From the NCBI GenBank assembly GCA_905250885.1, contig CAJNOQ010000174.1, positions 1,697 to 65,696 on the forward strand: 64,000 nt of DNA, given 5' to 3'. A model generated the notes under the pieces. That model was given only the letters and a program-made list of their open reading frames with translations. It ran no database searches and was not told the origin of the DNA. Every line of letters begins with the position of its first letter. Positions within the stretch are counted from its first letter, which is position 1. The position numbers and the translations under genes were made by a program. Positions 23,168-37,531 of the stretch are shown in pieces. The stretch comes from Didymodactylos carnosus (taxonomy: Eukaryota).

Positions 23168-26100
23168 TGATGATTTTCTGTTTATATATTATATCGTGCG
23201 TAACAAAGAAATCAACAATTCACCAATTCATTTCATTCCATTTTGTAGAGAGTCGTTTTTGTAAATCGTTTTAGTTGTTTTAATTATGAAAAGTCTTCAA
23301 AACATTTCAAATATCAGATTAATAATAAAATGTGACCACTTTATTATTGTCCATGTTGATTTAAACGATATCTTCAATCGTCGTATATACTAATCAAATA
23401 GAAATCCTTTATCTTGTTCACATCATGTAAACTCATCTAATTATCATTAAAATTATTAATGTATATTGTATTGTCGTTTAGTTAATCTGTATATATTATG
23501 TGTATTTCTCATTCTTCTTCTTTTGTTTTAAAAATACACATAATTATTGTCTAATAATATAAATGATATAAGTAATGATAGTAAGAAAAAAGAAACATTA
23601 GTGGAGTATTCAACAAAATCTCATTGATGAATCGAGGGCGTTTGTCTAATATACCCATATAGTCAAAATTTAAACAATCTAATTTTATGAATTTTAAAAA
23701 AGTTGAAAGAAAGACATAATTTCTAATTGATTATTTATATATTCCATTTTGTTATCCTTCCATTTTGGGTGTAATTGTTAATTTATTAATTATTCATTTC
23801 ATAATTGTTTTTTTTCGTGTAATAATTTTCATGTTTTTGTATATGTCTATGTGTATAAATTATTGTGTTTCTATGATTAAAAAACATTTTCTTCTATTTA
23901 CCTTCTAGGAATAGTTTTAATGTATTCGATGCGGTGAGTCAAAAAGGATATATCCTATTTTACTGTCTAAAATATTCATTCATACTATTTTATTATTCTA
24001 GAGTTGACTTCAATGATAAGTACAAACAACGCAAACTGGATTATATTGACAATTGTATTATGATATTACTTTTTATATTAGCTATATTTAATATTTTCAT
24101 ATGTGCTTGCAGTTAGTAGTAATCATACAGTTGATTTTTATACGCAAGCGAGCTAGAGAAAAAATCGATTGCTGCAAAAAACAATATTTATCTTATTTTT
24201 TTATATGTCGAACAAGAGAAAAGATACACTCTTTTCAATAGGAAAATATGTTTAGTAATTTTACACATACACACACACATACACATGCATATATATCTTT
24301 CATATTATAACTAGATTGTAGTTGTTTGTTTCATTTTCAATTCATTTTCTACAATATTGAAGATTGTCTCAATTACAGGTCTTTGATTACTTAGTAATAT
24401 AAGTATTTTCGAAAAATATATTTGTCATTAAGTGTGTACGGTAGAGTTTAGATAGCACAATTACTATGTTGCGTGTTTTGTCCATGTCTATGTTCTTTTT
24501 CCCTCTGAAATTTATTTTGTATCGTTAAGGGAACACTTTTAGTTGTTGTTTTTTTCTTTTTCTAATTGTTTTAAAAAAATTTGTGCATTTTTGGGATAAA
24601 ATGTTGAAATCACCTGCATTATCATGACATAATTTTTGTCCATTAGTTAGCTAAATTTTGGTAAACGATTGTAAAACTTGATCTGATACATTTTATGACT
24701 CAATCATTAAAGAAATCAATCGTTCTCGTCATTAGACTTTGATGAACATTATGTAGCAACGGTGTGGAGAAAAGTAATAAGTCTCATGGATTCTCTCTTG
24801 ATACTGAATAACACAAACTGAGCAAATCGATGTACCTGAATCACATAAAAGTAGAATTGGACGATTTGGTTCTGTCATTCTATCATCATCCAAAAAATTC
24901 CTTAAAAAATGAAGTTATACGTACAACATTGAAATAAACTTTTTGTAGTTATGGTGGTAAGCACCTCTTTCTTGATTATGAATAGACCAACAGTTTTACC
25001 TTCGTATCTGTGAATAGTTCGATTTTATTTATCAGTTCTAAAAACAGATGAAGCCATAACTTTTATATATTTGTTTTATTAAAAACAAAAGACTAGAAAT
25101 CTATATAATCGAAAGAAAACAGCAGTTCTTATATACTGATTGAATTATGGACTCAATTTTAAATGTGTCTGTAGAATGTATATCATCGTCTAAATTGATT
25201 GTAAGAGGAATAAAAGACAGCATTAACAAAAAAGAAATATTGTACAAAGTCTTCTCTAACTGGATGATAAAATTTGTGCTTCCAAGGAGACAGAAATTAT
25301 TAATGAAGGAAATTATGTTAGAAGAAGAAAACTATTTGACATTGATGTACGAAAAGTGCCGTGTGCATTTTGAGTGGACTAACGAAATTATTAAATATAC
25401 GAAAGTAATTTCATGCATTAAAAAAGAGAAAATTAACTGTATTATTTATCGCTGTTATCATTGTTCAAGTAAATACAATAATAATTTATTCTTAAATATT
25501 TAATTCTTCCCAGTATTTTAGCATTTTTATCAATAAAAACTTTTTCATTTTCATTGATTAGGTTTCAACTTGGCGATCGGATCAATTCCGAGAAAAAGAA
25601 TATGCATCTTAATGTGTTTTTTCTCTCCGAACTGGTCCGTTATCTTAATAAACTTTTGCACGCAATTTTTCAATTTCTACCACTTGCATCCATAATATTT
25701 TTAATGTCAACTGATTCCAGTTGATCAATAACATATCGGATATGACGAATACATATGAACTTAAGAAAGCGAAGGTGACCATTCGGCAAACATGTATAAC
25801 TGTTTCGAAACAACAAACTGATTACAGCAAAATATAAGTACGTATAAAGAGAAAGAAGTCCCTCACTTGAACGTGATTATCATTTAAAAATCAAACTACT
25901 ACTTTTTTCATATAGCTCAACTGTTATTGCTATTCTTCTTGTGGCGGCCAAAACTTAATAATGTCCCCATCTTGTATTTTATCGACCACACTGTCTTGTT
26001 TCATGGTCACATGAATGGGAAAATCCCTAGATCATAATGAAACTAGAGTCATTTCTAAAACTACAATTAATCACAAAGCTGAACATAGCGAACTGTGTAA

Positions 26101-27271
26101 CGCCCCAACAGCATACTTTATCAGGACACTAATTAAATATGTAACTTTCTCCAAAATCTATCACAACATCGGTCTACCATTTCTTTCTCGTTCAATATAC
26201 TGAGTTTAGTTCAGTTTTCATTTTTTTCAAAGCTTATCTGTTTGAAACGCACTATAACATGTGGTTCTCTGCCTCATACGCTACTATAGCCTTTAGCATA
26301 TTTCTCCAGGTGAAGCGATGAATGACGAAAATGAACGGCATCAAAGCGGTTCAGTTATGAGCAGCTAATAGTCGTTGATTCGACTATATGTCTATGATAG
26401 TCTAGATGATATCTATTACAATTTCAAAAAAGGCTTGGTCTTTCTTTTGCGTTTTAAACGCAACTTTCGGTCTAAATTCTGAATGATAGTAAGAAATCAG
26501 CAACACTCTGCATTCAAAATCATTTCTGCCTCCACTAGCACACAATAACCTTGTTTAGCGCCTACATCATGTAGACCTTCATGAGAAGAGGAGAAAAATG
26601 CGTTGTATTGGAAGATTTTGTCTTGTGGTTCAATAATATTCTAAACTACCTACAATATTCTAGATCACCTGGAGGAAAAAATACCTACATGTTCTCGTTT
26701 TGCAAGACAAAACTAGTTATTGAAGCGAAAAGTATTCTGATAATTTCAAAGTTGTTTAGATCGTATCTTATAGATGTGAGCGTCTAGTACTTTAAAATAG
26801 TAAATGCTTATAGCTGTTATGACGCTTGCTGTATTGCTCGTCAGTTGTTAAATTTTTTCTTGTTCATAGAAATACAGTACTCTGCTCAATTTCAAATTTA
26901 TGCGAGTAGCTTTCTTTTGCATATGACTTCGTGTTCTGCAGACTGTTAAAAAAAGGTTCTCTCATTTCTAGTTGCCAATTTGTTCTTCGAGAGAATTTTC
27001 ACCAGACTCGCTTACTAGACTTTAAGACGGTATCCTTCTATTTTTAGGGTATTCTCTTTACTCTAACATCTAGAGAGAAATCATTTGTATTCGTAGTGAA
27101 TGTGTTTTTACTTGACATTAGTTAAAATCTTTGCTAGTGTTTAGAAGAACCATATTTTGCTGAAATTTAGAAAGATTTTGTTGTATTATTTCTTATGTCT
27201 GAACATGAAATGGCGCTAGCTCATCTGTTACAGAAATATGAGCAGAAGTCAGAATGAAAGATTACTTAACT

Positions 27272-27433
27272 CTAGTGAATGTACTTAAGTGTGAGTACTC
27301 AGATGTATACTCATGCTGAAAAATGTGAGGAGTACACATGAGTACTCAAAAATTGTTAGTAGAACTCATATCAGTACTCATGAACGAATTAAGAGTAAAG
27401 TTGTACTCACAGTATGGTTACTTCCACTAGGGA
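27272..27433. mobile_element. Family B internally deleted (MITE-like) derivative
   Basis: CTAGTGAATGTACTTAAGTGTGAGTACTCAGATG ... AAAATTGTTAGTAGAACTCATATCAGTACTCATGAACGAATTAAGAGTAAAGTTGTACTCACAGTATGGTTACTTCCACTAGGG. About 90% identical to the two ends of 16819-17246, with the middle missing. Confidence 0.65.
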
Positions 27434-30350
27434 AGTCTATAGGAAATACAAAATTCTATGATAAAATCGTCACTTTTTTTACAGTGACAACGTGGCATTT
27501 TTTGTTTTTGTCATTATTTGATAGCTTATCCAATAGATGTTCGAAATGGGACAATGTTTTCCAATATGAGATGTAGTTGAGATTTTTTTTCGTTGGATGT
27601 GTATAAAACTCGGTTTTCTACTATTCTAAATGAGGAAGGGCTCGATGTTATTTCCACTGTATCTCACGCACATAGGTTAGGTGTACTAAACACAATTTTA
27701 AAAATGTCAACTACCAACAAAAGAGTATTGATAGCTCTGCAGTCACAAACTAAGTCCGCACAACAGTTATTCACGTGTGAAAAACATAGTTTCACAAACG
27801 AGTTCGAAGCAGGAATAGAGAAAATAAATGATGCTAGTTTTTTCATTTTGGGTGTTAATCACCTCGCCTGTGAATAAAAATAAGTGTAAAGCAGAGATAC
27901 GAAAGTCCAAATTCTGACTTGAACCATTTGCTGATAGACTTGAACCTGAAAATAGTCGTTCTCTGTCATGCATTGCCTGATGTATATTCACTTTTCGAAT
28001 ACCCTTATCCAAACATGATAAAAATGAGAAAGATGTGATTAATTTGATTTCTGTTGCCAAAACAATTTCTAATATAGGCATGTACACGTACATCGTTCGA
28101 CGATAGATAGTCGATATCGTATTTACATGAAGAATAGTCTTCAAAAGCATACTCAATTCACAGTGTTGTATGCGCAATAACTGTATCATCTAGCTTTATA
28201 AATGCATCGGCGATAAAATCATTTATCGCCGATGCATGAGTTTTTATCAGATTTTTTGTTACTACAAAACTTCACTAGCTTGTTCGGCTTAAGTTCTCTA
28301 CAGAATCTCTGTCCTTATCTTCATTTTATCGCTTAATAGTCGTATTTAATGTATTTCTTTATCTAATCTAATAGTACACTTTCAACTTAATCATTCTATT
28401 TAGTGAAAAGTCATATTATCTCTCCAAAGGTTTTTGCTATTTTTCAATTCGTCAGGATCGTTTGAAACAAACATAGTTAACACTATTCGAATAATAGAAG
28501 AAAGAAAATGCTAATTCCAAAAAGCTTCGCTAAAAGTTTTTGTCTCAAAATTGCTTGAACATAATGTATAGCTTTGTTTTGCATCTCCATATTGGTACTT
28601 TTAACATAATACAGACCGGAAATAGTTTCAAATTTGTACTGTAGAAAATCGAGTCATAAAATCGAAGCTATTTTCCTGCATGTATGAAATCGTTAAGAGA
28701 AGCTTCGCCACAGTACCAACTATGCTGTCCGGAGGAAAATTTTATTTTATTTTTATTTATGTCTCATTCGAAAGAGCATAGAAAATACCCACTAACCCCA
28801 ATAACGCTTTCTGAAAGTGCTTCTTTAAAAAGCTAGAGGCCAGATACTCTGTTGAGGGGCACTCTTATTACCCAAAAAACGTAAAATTTTCACAAATTTT
28901 CGTATTTTCCGATTTTCTGAAAAACTATCAGACTCCTATGATTCGTTCACGGCTCATTTGAAAGAAATGTTTCCTCTATAAGATCATATAAAAAATTGAA
29001 TTTGCATTTTTCTCAATACTTTTCAAATACAGGCTATGCATGTTACGGTCCCAAACTAAATCTTACTTCATTTTTTAGAGTAGGCAATTCTACATCGCTT
29101 TATATATAAAAATAGAAAATTTTAAAACACTGTGATGTACGATAAATCAAATATTGCAGACAGGCATAGGTTTCATCATTTTCTTAATGATAGAAAATGG
29201 GTATTATTTATGGGAAAAGACATTTTCCTACTTTTCACAAATCAACCTTTTTAGTTTTGTGCTTAAAAACTACACATGACTCAATGCTAGTTATTTATGT
29301 CAAAACTTGATATAAATTATTTTCTTCTAACCATCTAAAAATCATATATGAATCCACCCACGGTGTCTTTCACGAACTTGTCTAACTTTCTTTTTAACTA
29401 AATCTACTTTAAACGGTACCTAAATCGGTCTAGCATAGGCTTTCTTAAGTACTAGAAAATGCTGCTTTTTCACTTTTAAAATTTGTTTTTAATTTTCTCA
29501 GATATCTGAAGATATTCCAACTTACGGAAATGCTTCTTCAGTATGTAAAACTTTGAAAAATCGTTTTTTAGTTTTTCGAAAATGAATCATCTTTCGTTTC
29601 GTTCTTCTGACATAAAGTCAAGTCTGAACGTTAGCGTATAGCTACATTTGATAGTAGCGTATAGTAACATTTGATAGAACCACTAGAAACGATATGTACA
29701 ACTTTAGGTGACTGATAGCAAAAATGAATTTTAACGAAAACAAATTTTTTAGTGATGTATCAAAGTAGATCGATATGTCGTCATGTATCGCAATACCATT
29801 AACTTTTATTGTAATAGTTAATAACTTATCGATAAATCACAGTACGCTTTTAATTAGTTAAAAGTCAGACAATAGACTACTAATGTAATAAGTGAACTTT
29901 CTTGAGATTGAACAAGCTGATAAACCAATGATACACGTTCAATTACTGAGTACGGAGTATTGTAGTCTCTTTGTTCACAAATATATAAACTAATTATATT
30001 AAACTAATTATTCTCCCTGTTCTATCACAAATAAAAAGCAAGAATGAACAGATCGATATAGAAAAGTTGCATTACCATCACAAAACATATTCTACATGAG
30101 AAAATATTAATAAAACAATAGAAACTGAGAAATGTTTCAGAAAATAAATTTTATCTATACAACATGGAAGAAACTTTATACAGAACATAATTACCTGAAG
30201 TAAAAAACAATGAAAACAAATATTTTAACCAATATCATCGTTTTCATCTTCTACAGTTGACGGCATGGATACGAGAGATGTTGTTATTTTCGTTTGAGAT
30301 AGCCATTCTTACCGTTTAACTATATTCGTGTTAATAATTCTTTGACTTTT

Positions 30351-33300
30351 TTATTGCTCATTCGAACTACTTGACGAATGAGTATGATACTTTTGGTCAT
30401 TTTCAGTATTTTGGTTCACCGAGTTTTCATTTGTTTTTGATTGTGCTTTTGTATTAGTTTGTAATGTGTGACTATTATGTACATGGAATGTTTGGTCGGG
30501 AGCGACGGTCGCTGCTGTCGTTGTTGTGTCACGTACTTCATAAAATGATAGTATTGGATCAGCGGCATTATCAAGACCGGCCATTGTTATCAATTGACCC
30601 AGTCTAAATAATTAAATCATTATCGTCTTACTTTTATTTTCTCGCCTCGATCTGAGCTAAACACATTGCATGAAAATAGTATTTTGTCATTTCTTACCGT
30701 TTTGATCTTAAAAAGTCTAAAAACTTTTGAAATCGTTGAAATGTATTTTCAACAACTTCACAAAAATGATCTTGTTGCCGTTGTGCATCGTCATTTTTTG
30801 TTAAAATCTGAACAAATAAGTAATGAATATGTTAGCCATATGTCGTTAACCACGAGTGTTTCAAATTTACCTTTTGAAGCTGTTCTTCAAGTTGTCGTCT
30901 TGCTTGGCGTTCTTCTTTCAACTTATCTTCCAACTGTTGAATTCTTATCTGAAAGTAAACGAAAGAAGTTCTAAACTATAGCACTGAATAGAAAGGATAG
31001 ATTATTTACATTGGGATGGTCCCGATTTGGTAGTCGAGGTGTATGATGGTAATTATGTTCTCCACCTGCATAAATCGATTCGTCTGATGAATGAAATGAT
31101 TTTGCATTCGTTCTTGGTGGATAGCCTCTTAAAAATAACACTAACATATAGCAAAAATCATAGTGTGACACACGTTTATTCTTACGGTAAGCGACTTGCT
31201 CTTGCAGCTGATCGCCATGGTATACAGGCAACACGTGAATCAGTAGAAACAGAACCAGTTGATTTACTCCGTTGTATTTTTGATGGGATTAATAATTTGT
31301 GAAATTGTTGTTGTTGTGTCAGCTTCCTCGTATTTACATTATTGTCACTTGTATTTGTTCCTGGGACTCCACTAGTCGTACTTTGAGCGGATATTTTACT
31401 TCGAGGACGTTTGGGTGATTCTAATTTTGACCATTTATACTAGAAGATAAAAAAACAAATAATTTAAAAATAAACTATTGAAAACATTAAATCATTACTA
31501 TTTTATACCTCACATAATCGATCATCTTCACAATTGATGAGTAATTGTTCAATAAGCTTTTCCATAATATCACGATCAACTAGACCATTATTTCGAATAT
31601 CAATAATATGTATAAGACTATTATATTTGGCTGATTCAAGAAAGGCTTTTGCACCGTTCGTTGATACTGCACAGTCTTGTAGATCCAATGCTAAAAATAA
31701 AAATAATGGGATCAACGTGAATAATTTGAATCCTCGTTTATGTAATGCGTCCAATGTCATTAAACTTCTTTAATCACACAGACAAAGAAGTTGCCTGTTT
31801 TTTGTTCACGAATTATACAATTACCTTTTATCCATAAATCTTCTTTTAAAACTTCAGCTAAGTAACCTGCTCCTTTATCGCCAATGAGTGGATTGTGGTT
31901 TATTGTAACACGTCTTAATCCAGACATATGATCCAATGTTGGGTTCTGATAACGTAGACTTTCTTGCCATACACAATTCTAAAACGTATGAGATTATACA
32001 AAAATTCATTAAGAGAAAAATCAAACTTACATGGCGTCGAAAACCTTGTTGCTTAAAAAAAAGAAGAAAAGTATTTATTAAACTTTAATCACATACGATA
32101 ATAAAACATCTATCAATAACTTCAAATACGGCACATTTTGGCTCTTGAGATTCTAGCAACGAAAAGTAGTGATAAATTAAAGAGCTCTCGTAATCTCCGA
32201 CTAATATTAATCGAACTTAGAAAGTATAATTCTGTTTTAAAATTGAATAATTTTATGTCTTCTTATATAGTCAGCTCATGTTATAAATTACATCAAATCA
32301 GTATTATTACTAATACAAGATTGCTAGCAGTGGCTGAGTTTTGGTGTAACTAGAATTCTAATCCCCCACGAGAATCTGACGGTCTTCTAATCGAAACATA
32401 TTCCTCACAAAAATGCAACTAGTTATATAGATCCTCAATTATGCTGTATGATAGATGACATTCTGAAGTTTAGAAGCACCCAGATTTAGTATACGTAATA
32501 CCAGAGTTTAGCTCGCTCTTTTGAAGGAAGTCGTGTAAGTAATTGTAAGCTACTTATGAGCAACCTTTAGTCATGATTTAAGCTCAAAAAGTTCTCTAAA
32601 TTTTCACCGATATTTAGAATTATATATATTATAGTGCTACTGAAATAGTGGAAACTCTCAAGATTATCTATGATACAATGTTGTGTATACAATTTATCAT
32701 ATAAAAGGGGATGTGTTCAACCACGCTCAATTATTAATGGTGTTTTTTTACTTCAAAAATCAAAGTAATGAACATCATCCATTTTTACGTTTTTTGATTA
32801 AGGTTGACAATCAATGATGTCAATTGTTAGAACTCAATAAATCTTTAATATATTTCATGAATAATATAAGTAGAAAAACCTAAATCTGAATTCTATTTTG
32901 ACATGCAACATTATCATCAATACGTGAATAAAAAAAAGAATATATATATTTTTTTTTTTATTATTTAAATATTCACATTATTCTTTTTCTCCTTCCTTCT
33001 AGACACAACTCAAATGATACCAAACGGTAATCTTAATTGAGAAGGTGACATTAACCACGATGATATTTATGATCAATCAAGCTCTCCTATCATCAACTTC
33101 AACGTCAGATTTATTATTTACTAGTGGTCGATTACCAGCAATTTTAAGTCTATTTTTTATTCTAATATTAATTTTAATCCTTATATTTTTGATTTTATTT
33201 CAACGACGAAATAATAGTGTGTATGATGAACACGAAATTAAAAGTGAATTAGATAATGATACAATGATAGACGAACGAAAATCAATTGAACTTGATCGTG

Positions 33301-36300
33301 TTCGAAAATATAAATCGATACACCATACACCATCGTTTCATTTTAGTGAAAATGATACGAAAATTATTGAAGAAACGTCAGTAATAAATTAAACAAATTG
33401 TATCATACGTGCACTATTCGAAAAAAACTCATCAGATAAAATATCAATAATCATCAACGAAATCCCACTAAACTACTCTTCGAATTATCACGTTACCAAC
33501 ATTATCATAGGAGTAGACATTATATTTAACTATGATCCGAAGTTAAGAATGATTGATGCTATATGTTTTGTTTGAAAAATATTAAGCTTATAGACATGTT
33601 GGATATCTGTTTCATAAACCACCTTACTTAACTAGCGTGATGATCACAACAATGTCCATTTTTGCTGAGTGTAAGATAATTTAACCCGTTAGAATTATTT
33701 TAACTAGGTTTATTATACACTCTTTTATTCTGTAATAATAAATAATAGCACATCACACTTCCAGTAACAAAGATATAGGTCCCAATTAGAAGAGCCTTGC
33801 GTTCAGCAAAATTAAAAGATTTTCCACAAAATACATGCTAAAGTAAAAGATTTTATCGTTTTTTAGTACTAACTTCGCATATCTGTTCAGCAAAAAAGTC
33901 ATTTTGAAGAACTTCGCAAAGAAAATACAACTAGTGTTTACAAAAGTCTTACAATTTTTCTTCTTACTTTAATTAAGTCTGCAAGAATTTGTGCTCCATG
34001 ACTTGTCAATGAACACGCAGAAAAATCAACTTCACGAATTTTTGGTGATTGATTTAAATGTCGACAAAGTACTATACAAAAAAAGACATAACATCAATAT
34101 CTTTTTCATAACGTACAGACCATTTTACTATACTTTCTAGTCCGTCATCACCGATTGGAGAATTTGTTAATTGAAAATGTACTATTGATTTGCATTTTGC
34201 AAGTCCCTAAATAAATAGAAAATCATTTGTAGCCTAATTATAGTATTCAACGCGCAGCAGGCATTTTTCTATAGACCAGGTGAACATGTGGTTTTTTTCA
34301 ATTCAGAAACAATCCTTTTTGCTTAACACTACTTTATTACGCTTGAAATGTTATTATAAATGAAAAAAATCTAAATTCGAAAAAAAACTTTTTAGACGAA
34401 AAATTCCTGACCTTTGCCCTAAATTTTTGTCGAAAAACTTTTTATACAGAAAATGAACAACTTATACGTCATTCGATGTATTTTTATACACTGATTCTAG
34501 ATATCACATTATTTTTCTATGCAAATGTTCCTAGACTGAGAAAAACGCATTTTACCTAAAAAGCAAGGACTTTTTGGAAAACCCATATCTAAGCCTAGGC
34601 GAACAGTTGTATAAAGTTACATGCACCATATATTATAACAGAACATGTTGCGGAACATTTTGCACTAATTCTGATTGAGATAACACTTTAGGAAAATTTA
34701 GAAATTACATTTGCAGTGCTTGTTCGAAACAGGGTTACCTCTGAAAAAAACATTTTCTGCTATGTCCTGGATTTAAAAAGAGAACATTTTTTACAAACCG
34801 ATAGCTAAGACTGTCTAAATTCAGAAAATGTAAAGTTTTTAAACTTAAAACGACTCCACCTATTAAAAAAATGGTTTCTTCAGAGGTCGCTAGGCTCTTT
34901 TTTCCTTATACATTTTTTCCAAAAATTCAGCACTTGAAACAAAAATTTCTACACCATTAGATAGCTCGTATATCAAAGTATATATGTCACTATGTGAATC
35001 TTGAAAATGCGCACTTTCGAAGCGATTTTTCGTCAAATGTCCTCCTGGATGTCCACTGTGCAGCGATGACAATAAAGTGGTAGACAAAATTTTAAAATAC
35101 TTTTTGCTTTTAATTTTTAAATCGATACTGTTTTCTCCTTTTTATAGCATTCACTTCCTCCAGCAACCCAAAACTCATTCTTATCTCCTGCTATTATAAA
35201 AAAAACAACAATCATCTTGTTTCCTAGATGAGTCGATAACAACTTGTTTCCTGAAAATACTCATAATGAGCGATCGCTGATTTTCGTCTCATATATGTTT
35301 GATTTCTCATCATCTATAATAAAGTTTAAGGATATGAATTTTTTTATCACAAAACATTTTCAGATACAAATGAGTATCGAAGAAAGATATTTCTGATCAT
35401 CAAATTGTGCTAAGCATTCTTGTGCTAACATTATTCATTTTTTTCATCATTTTTCATCATTTAAAGATTATTCATTTTTAAAAGAATACTTCTGTATTTG
35501 TTGAAAGATGAATAATCTTCAGGATGCTTATCACAATTTGATGATCATTTGTAAATTCTAAAAATGTTTGATAATCAAAAGTACATTTTCTCTAAAGTTT
35601 AAACCAACGACATCGACAGAAAAAGATCATTCTTGGCACAAACTTTTCGCTCTTTTAAGGGACTTCGTTTTTCTAGGTTGTGGATCTTCTAGAGACCTGA
35701 TTTTCAGCAATCTGAACGAACTTTCATACATATGACTTTTGATTGAAAAAGTTTCCATCTCCTCAGATCACCTTTTGGATTTCATCTAGCTATCACGGTT
35801 GGGAAAAATAATCAAAAGCAAAAGCTATTTTAAAATTAGTTATTTAAAATTCCCACTTTACTTACTTGTGCTATTAGAGTCAAATCTTTTCTTCGAAATG
35901 GTAAACCACTTAGATCAAGTAAAATAAGTTCAGTTGTTATCGTGAGACAATCTTTTAAACTTGAGCTAATTTTTGTTAAAAGTTCTTTTGACTGAAATAT
36001 CGGTGGTCGCTTTGAAGTTGATAATGAGCGTTTCCCATTTCGTCTTTCTGCTGAAAATACGAAACGAATTTCATTTAGACACAACAATATAGAACATATA
36101 TCATCATTCTACCTTCAGCTAAGGTTGTTGATGTTGTATTATAAAACTGACTCCGAAATGTGATTGAACGTAACGTTTTACAAGTGCCAATAGCACCACA
36201 TAATGGATTCCAATCGTCAATACTAAAATCATATCACCGACAGAAAAATGAAGTTCATGTAGAGTCACTGGAAACTGCTTTTTCTTATTCAACACATTCG

Positions 36301-36762
36301 ATAACCCAGATTTTCTATTTTTGGCGAGGGATACTGTCAAATGTACTGTCAAATGCAAAGAAAAATTTTGGAACTAGTGTTTTTTCCTATGAAAATTTTT
36401 TATCGCTATTTTGTTGGGAAAATAATTTTACTAAAATTTTAGCAATACATCTCGTCGAAAATAGAAAATCTTCGGGATTATCGAGTGTGCAAAATACGAA
36501 AAAGCACTTTTTTGTGACTCTGTATAAACTTCATTTTTTTCTTCACGTTGACATGGCATGTAGTACTTTTTCAGAATGCACTAAAATAAAGATAAACGTG
36601 TTTTTACCCTAAATTATCCAGTTCTAAATCGATAATTCCGTCATCAAGTTTTATTTTAACCGCTGATAAAGGTAATAAATTAAACTGGCGACATAATTCG
36701 TCGTATTTCATACCAAAATCACATGCTTTATCAGCCGTAGATTTGGATATTTGTTCACGCAT
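30351..36762 (-). CDS. PPP1R37: Protein phosphatase 1 regulatory subunit 37 (PPP1R37/LRRC68)-like RNI-type leucine-rich-repeat protein; multi-exon gene with kb-scale introns carrying repeats
   Basis: Putative first exon 36762-~36610 reads MREQISKSTADKACDFGMKYDELCRQFNLLPLSAVKIKLDDGIIDLELDNLG.
Further minus-strand exons and their matches to human PPP1R37:
- 36060-35840, ...SLKDCLTITTELILLDLSGLPF...;
- ~34205-34110, GLAKCKSIVHFQLTNSPIGDDGLESIVKW;
- ~34075-33969, VLCRHLNQSPKIREVDFSACSLTSHGAQILADLIK vs FKVVDLEQTNLDEDGASALFDMIE;
- 32053-32033, QQGFRRH;
- ~31975-31805, NCVWQESLRYQNPTLDHMSGLRRVTINHNPLIGDKGAGYLAEVLKEDLWIK vs LQYLDARNTPLLDHSAPFVARAL;
- 31760-31503, ALDLQDCAVSTNGAKAFLESAKYNSLIHIIDIRNNGLVDRDIMEKLIEQL vs ILDLRNNHVLDSGLAYICEGL.
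Low-complexity and coiled-coil C-terminal exons follow at ~31440-31320, 31234-30990, ~30960-30880 and ~30820-30700. The last exon is 30610-30351, ...SSSSSNEQ then stop.
Internal exon boundaries are approximate. The N-terminus may extend into additional upstream exons; see the 38072-38760 candidate. Confidence 0.7.
33045..33392 (+). CDS. Hypothetical 115-aa single-pass membrane protein ORF lying inside a PPP1R37-like intron
   Basis: Single ORF with a strong hydrophobic helix LPAILSLFFILILILILIFLILF followed by QRRNN and a charged tail. It sits between PPP1R37-like exons on the opposite strand and carries no homology signal. It could be spurious, but it is long for this base composition. Confidence 0.25.
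   Translation: MTLTTMIFMINQALLSSTSTSDLLFTSGRLPAILSLFFILILILILIFLILFQRRNNSVYDEHEIKSELDNDTMIDERKSIELDRVRKYKSIHHTPSFHFSENDTKIIEETSVIN
36250..36540. mobile_element. Foldback MITE family A, degraded or partial copy within a PPP1R37-like intron
   Basis: ...ACACATTCGATAACCCAGATTTTCTATTTTTGGCGAGGG... / ...AAAATCTTCGGGATTATCGAGTGTGCAAAATACGAAAAAGCAC... share the family core. The termini are not intact. Confidence 0.6.
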
Positions 36763-37531
36763 TATAACGGCGCCTTATATAAACAATAAAAATTCAACTA
36801 GAATGAAAAAAAGACCAGCAGATAGTTTGTATTACTACGACACAGTTTAAACAAATAATATGTTTATGTCCTTTTGGGCGTAACCAATCGTTGTGAGAGG
36901 GAGGAATAAATAAAAAGGCTAACTGAGTCTACTGATCGAATATTCAGAAAAACAGATATGCAGACTTTTTCGTAAGGAAATAAGCGTGTTTTTTCTAGCC
37001 AGCTACCCTGAGTACTTGAACTCTATTGTGTTTTGCAGCAGCAAAAGTGAGTGGTACCGTCAGCCACTGTTGTACTATATGTGTGTTTCCAGTACGACTG
37101 GTTTTCTCTCTCAAAACTCTTGTTTCCAGCTGACAGGAGTTCACTATACGAAGCCAATCGAATCAGTCAGCGAAGTCTAGACGAAGAGTATGCTAGACGA
37201 AATATTAAACTAATTCTTATGTGGTTGCTCACAGCGATTATGATTGAACAAAAAAAACAGTCTGTTAAGAGATGAACAACGAAGCCCTACCATGTTGCTA
37301 TCAAGAATCTTTTTATTCATGTAGCAACAAATTACTCAGAGAATCAAGCATAAAGTTATGCAGACACACTAAGCTTTCGAGAGATTATAAAAGTCTTTCA
37401 TACTTCCTTAGCAGAAACTGTGCGTTAGATATAAACTTAGATATATAGAGGTTTTGTTTTACTTTTTCATTGGTAAACTTTCCTACCAACAACCAATTTA
37501 CTTATCTTTCTTTTCATTGCATAATACATGT

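Noticed and set aside
25147-25503. 118-aa plus-strand ORF in an otherwise empty 6 kb interval
   Set aside because: No motif, no recognisable domain, and a lysine/isoleucine-rich composition typical of AT-rich noise. Kept only as a note because an ORF this long is somewhat unusual here.
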